Origin: Candidatus Kuenenbacteria bacterium
GTDB taxonomy: Bacteria; Patescibacteriota; Patescibacteriia; UBA11705; JABHMO01
Assembly: GCA_013202715.1 (NCBI GenBank)
Contig: JABMRF010000018.1
Coordinates: forward strand, 14,641-78,640
Direction of reading: 5' to 3'
DNA: 64,000 bases
Below are positions 62,313 through 64,000 of the stretch, piece by piece. Positions within the stretch are counted from its first letter, which is position 1. Every line of letters begins with the position of its first letter. A program made the position numbers and the translations under genes. The notes below the pieces were generated by a model. That model had not been told where the DNA came from and searched no databases. It saw only the letters and a program-made list of their open reading frames with translations.

Positions 62313-63920
62313 ATGACACACCACAAACACCTGTCTTACTTTTGGAACACTGAGAAAGCTAAGGCCAAAATTAAAGAAAATAAAATCTACCGAAAAGCCA
62401 AAGACGAAACGTCCGCTTTTCATGTTTTTGGGCACGTTTTATTTTCCTTAATTATAGTCGCAACTGCTGCAGTAAGTTTGAATATTGTAGAAAAAGGTGT
62501 AAATGAACCAAAACAAACCTTTAACAAGGTTATGGGGGTACAAATTGTACTTGCTGCAGAAAATATAAATCAAGCGGAATTAACAGCGCAATCACACGCA
62601 CAGCTCAATATTAAACCAAATGAAGCATTTACATTCAATTTAAGTTTTGAGAATACTGGAATGTCTACCTGGACAAAAGAAACCGTATATCTAAAGTCCA
62701 TATCAACTTCTCTAAAATTCAAACATGAGTACTGGCCTGATCCATATCATCCGGCTCAACTGATTGAAGAGAGCGTTGCACCAGGTGAAACTGGGACATT
62801 TAAATTTGCCCTAAAAGCACCAAAGAAATTTTCCAATCACAAGGGAGATTTTTTATTGGTTAATGACAATGTCATGATCAAAGGAGGAAAAGTGGAAATT
62901 GAAATGAACGTTGTTGAAGATCCGGCAAATTACAAATCCGCCACTAAAATTGTTACCGAAACGACAAACCCAAAACTAAATGTGTGTAATTTAAAATTAA
63001 ATATTGCTAGTGTCAACAGTAGCCTTGATAATGAAACGTGCGTTGAAAAATTTGCCCTGAATGAAGATGGCCCAGATGTTAGAGTCGGACTATTTTATAC
63101 AGACAAAATGATATCTATCAAAAATACAGCAGCCTGGCAAATTTACGACGATAACAATAAACTTTTGGCCTCAATTCCAGCTGAAACCATAATTACCTTA
63201 AACTATATTGATGCAAAAAAAGAATTTGCTTTTGATCTTATTAGTAAGGCAAAGACCGTACGCAGTTTAACCAACCTTACTTTAAAAAACTTCAATCAGG
63301 GTATTTGGGAAATTACAACACTCGAAGACAGACCAAGTTGGAACAAAACAATTAATTATAATAAATTCACGGGAAACCTAGCTCTTAAATTTAATGACTA
63401 CAAAGAAAGAGTGTGGCTTATTGAAACCCTACCGTTGGAAAAATATTTAAAAGGCCTAAAAGAAAGTTCAAACCCGGACCCAATAGAATATCACAAAGCA
63501 CAAGTAACAGCGGCCAGAACCTACGCTCTGTACCATGTCAATAAATTCAAAATTGAGGACAGCCTCTTCGACCTTTACACAGACGAAAAAGATCAGGTTT
63601 ACAAAGGTTACGCAGCAGAACAAATCATGAAAAATCAAGTCAAAGCGGTTGAAGACACACGCGGTGTTATTGCAACTTTTGATAATAGCGTGATTGTGGC
63701 CTATTATTCCGCCAGAAGCGGAGGCCAAACTATTACCCATAAAAGTATCCCCTATTTAAAATCAGTCAAGACGCCATATACAGCGGGAAAAGGCCTTTAT
63801 GGTCATGCGATTGGGATGGATCAGGTTGATGCAAAAAACCGAGCAGAAAAAGATAGCTGGACCTATGACCAAATATTAAAATATTATTACACGGGAATCA
63901 AATTAGAAAAGATTTATTAG
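62313..63920 (+). CDS. SpoIID/LytB-domain protein with N-terminal TM anchor
   Basis: The C-terminal ..VTAARTYALYH......DLY.D..DQVYKGY......V..AV..T.G.V..........YSA.SGGQT.. is the SpoIID/LytB signature. Confidence 0.65.
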   Translation: MTHHKHLSYFWNTEKAKAKIKENKIYRKAKDETSAFHVFGHVLFSLIIVATAAVSLNIVEKGVNEPKQTFNKVMGVQIVLAAENINQAELTAQSHAQLNIKPNEAFTFNLSFENTGMSTWTKETVYLKSISTSLKFKHEYWPDPYHPAQLIEESVAPGETGTFKFALKAPKKFSNHKGDFLLVNDNVMIKGGKVEIEMNVVEDPANYKSATKIVTETTNPKLNVCNLKLNIASVNSSLDNETCVEKFALNEDGPDVRVGLFYTDKMISIKNTAAWQIYDDNNKLLASIPAETIITLNYIDAKKEFAFDLISKAKTVRSLTNLTLKNFNQGIWEITTLEDRPSWNKTINYNKFTGNLALKFNDYKERVWLIETLPLEKYLKGLKESSNPDPIEYHKAQVTAARTYALYHVNKFKIEDSLFDLYTDEKDQVYKGYAAEQIMKNQVKAVEDTRGVIATFDNSVIVAYYSARSGGQTITHKSIPYLKSVKTPYTAGKGLYGHAIGMDQVDAKNRAEKDSWTYDQILKYYYTGIKLEKIY

Positions 63921-64000
63921 TATGAAACCAAAATTCAACAACTTTGATTACGAATTTAGATGAATGTTTCGAATTTAGAATTAGAAACATTCAGAGTATC

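Overview
AT-rich bacterial chromosomal segment, roughly 35-40% GC by eye. Genes are compact and use TTGACA-N17-TATAAT promoters and short hairpin terminators. Most of the window is housekeeping: NUDIX (partial), O-antigen-ligase-like, yidC, nusA, rpsF-ssb-rpsR, efp, recA, ftsK, clpP, tig, nfo, tsaC, rpsO-pnp, comM/yifB, dksA-like, lspA, nusB-rnc, a deoxynucleoside kinase, a SpoIID-domain protein and five tRNAs. The desulfoferrodoxin and the NrdD-type glycyl-radical fragment suggest an anaerobe. Many core proteins carry K/E- or D/E-rich tails, so a small-genome lineage such as the Candidate Phyla Radiation is plausible, but that is inference. Three stretches look accessory: about 24.0-34.7 kb, 43.4-52.5 kb and 60.3-60.9 kb. 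They hold higher-GC unknown genes, tandem paralog pairs, a Cys-rich secreted protein next to a CPBP/Abi-type protease, a duplicated dfx 3' end bracketing an inserted lipoprotein gene, and two GIY-YIG cassettes. Each GIY-YIG cassette is tightly flanked by its own family of structured hairpin repeats. Intergenic DNA across the whole window is filled with several families of imperfect palindromic elements built from short words (cgcggat, gatctac/cagtag, gtaaaag, tacagat, caaag, and a ccaYgYt heptamer array). Several promoter-to-terminator units contain no ORF and are candidate ncRNAs. The most promising candidate for an undescribed system is the recurrent pairing of a small GIY-YIG nuclease gene with flanking structured repeats that show covariation. 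This resembles REP/RAYT elements but uses a different nuclease class.
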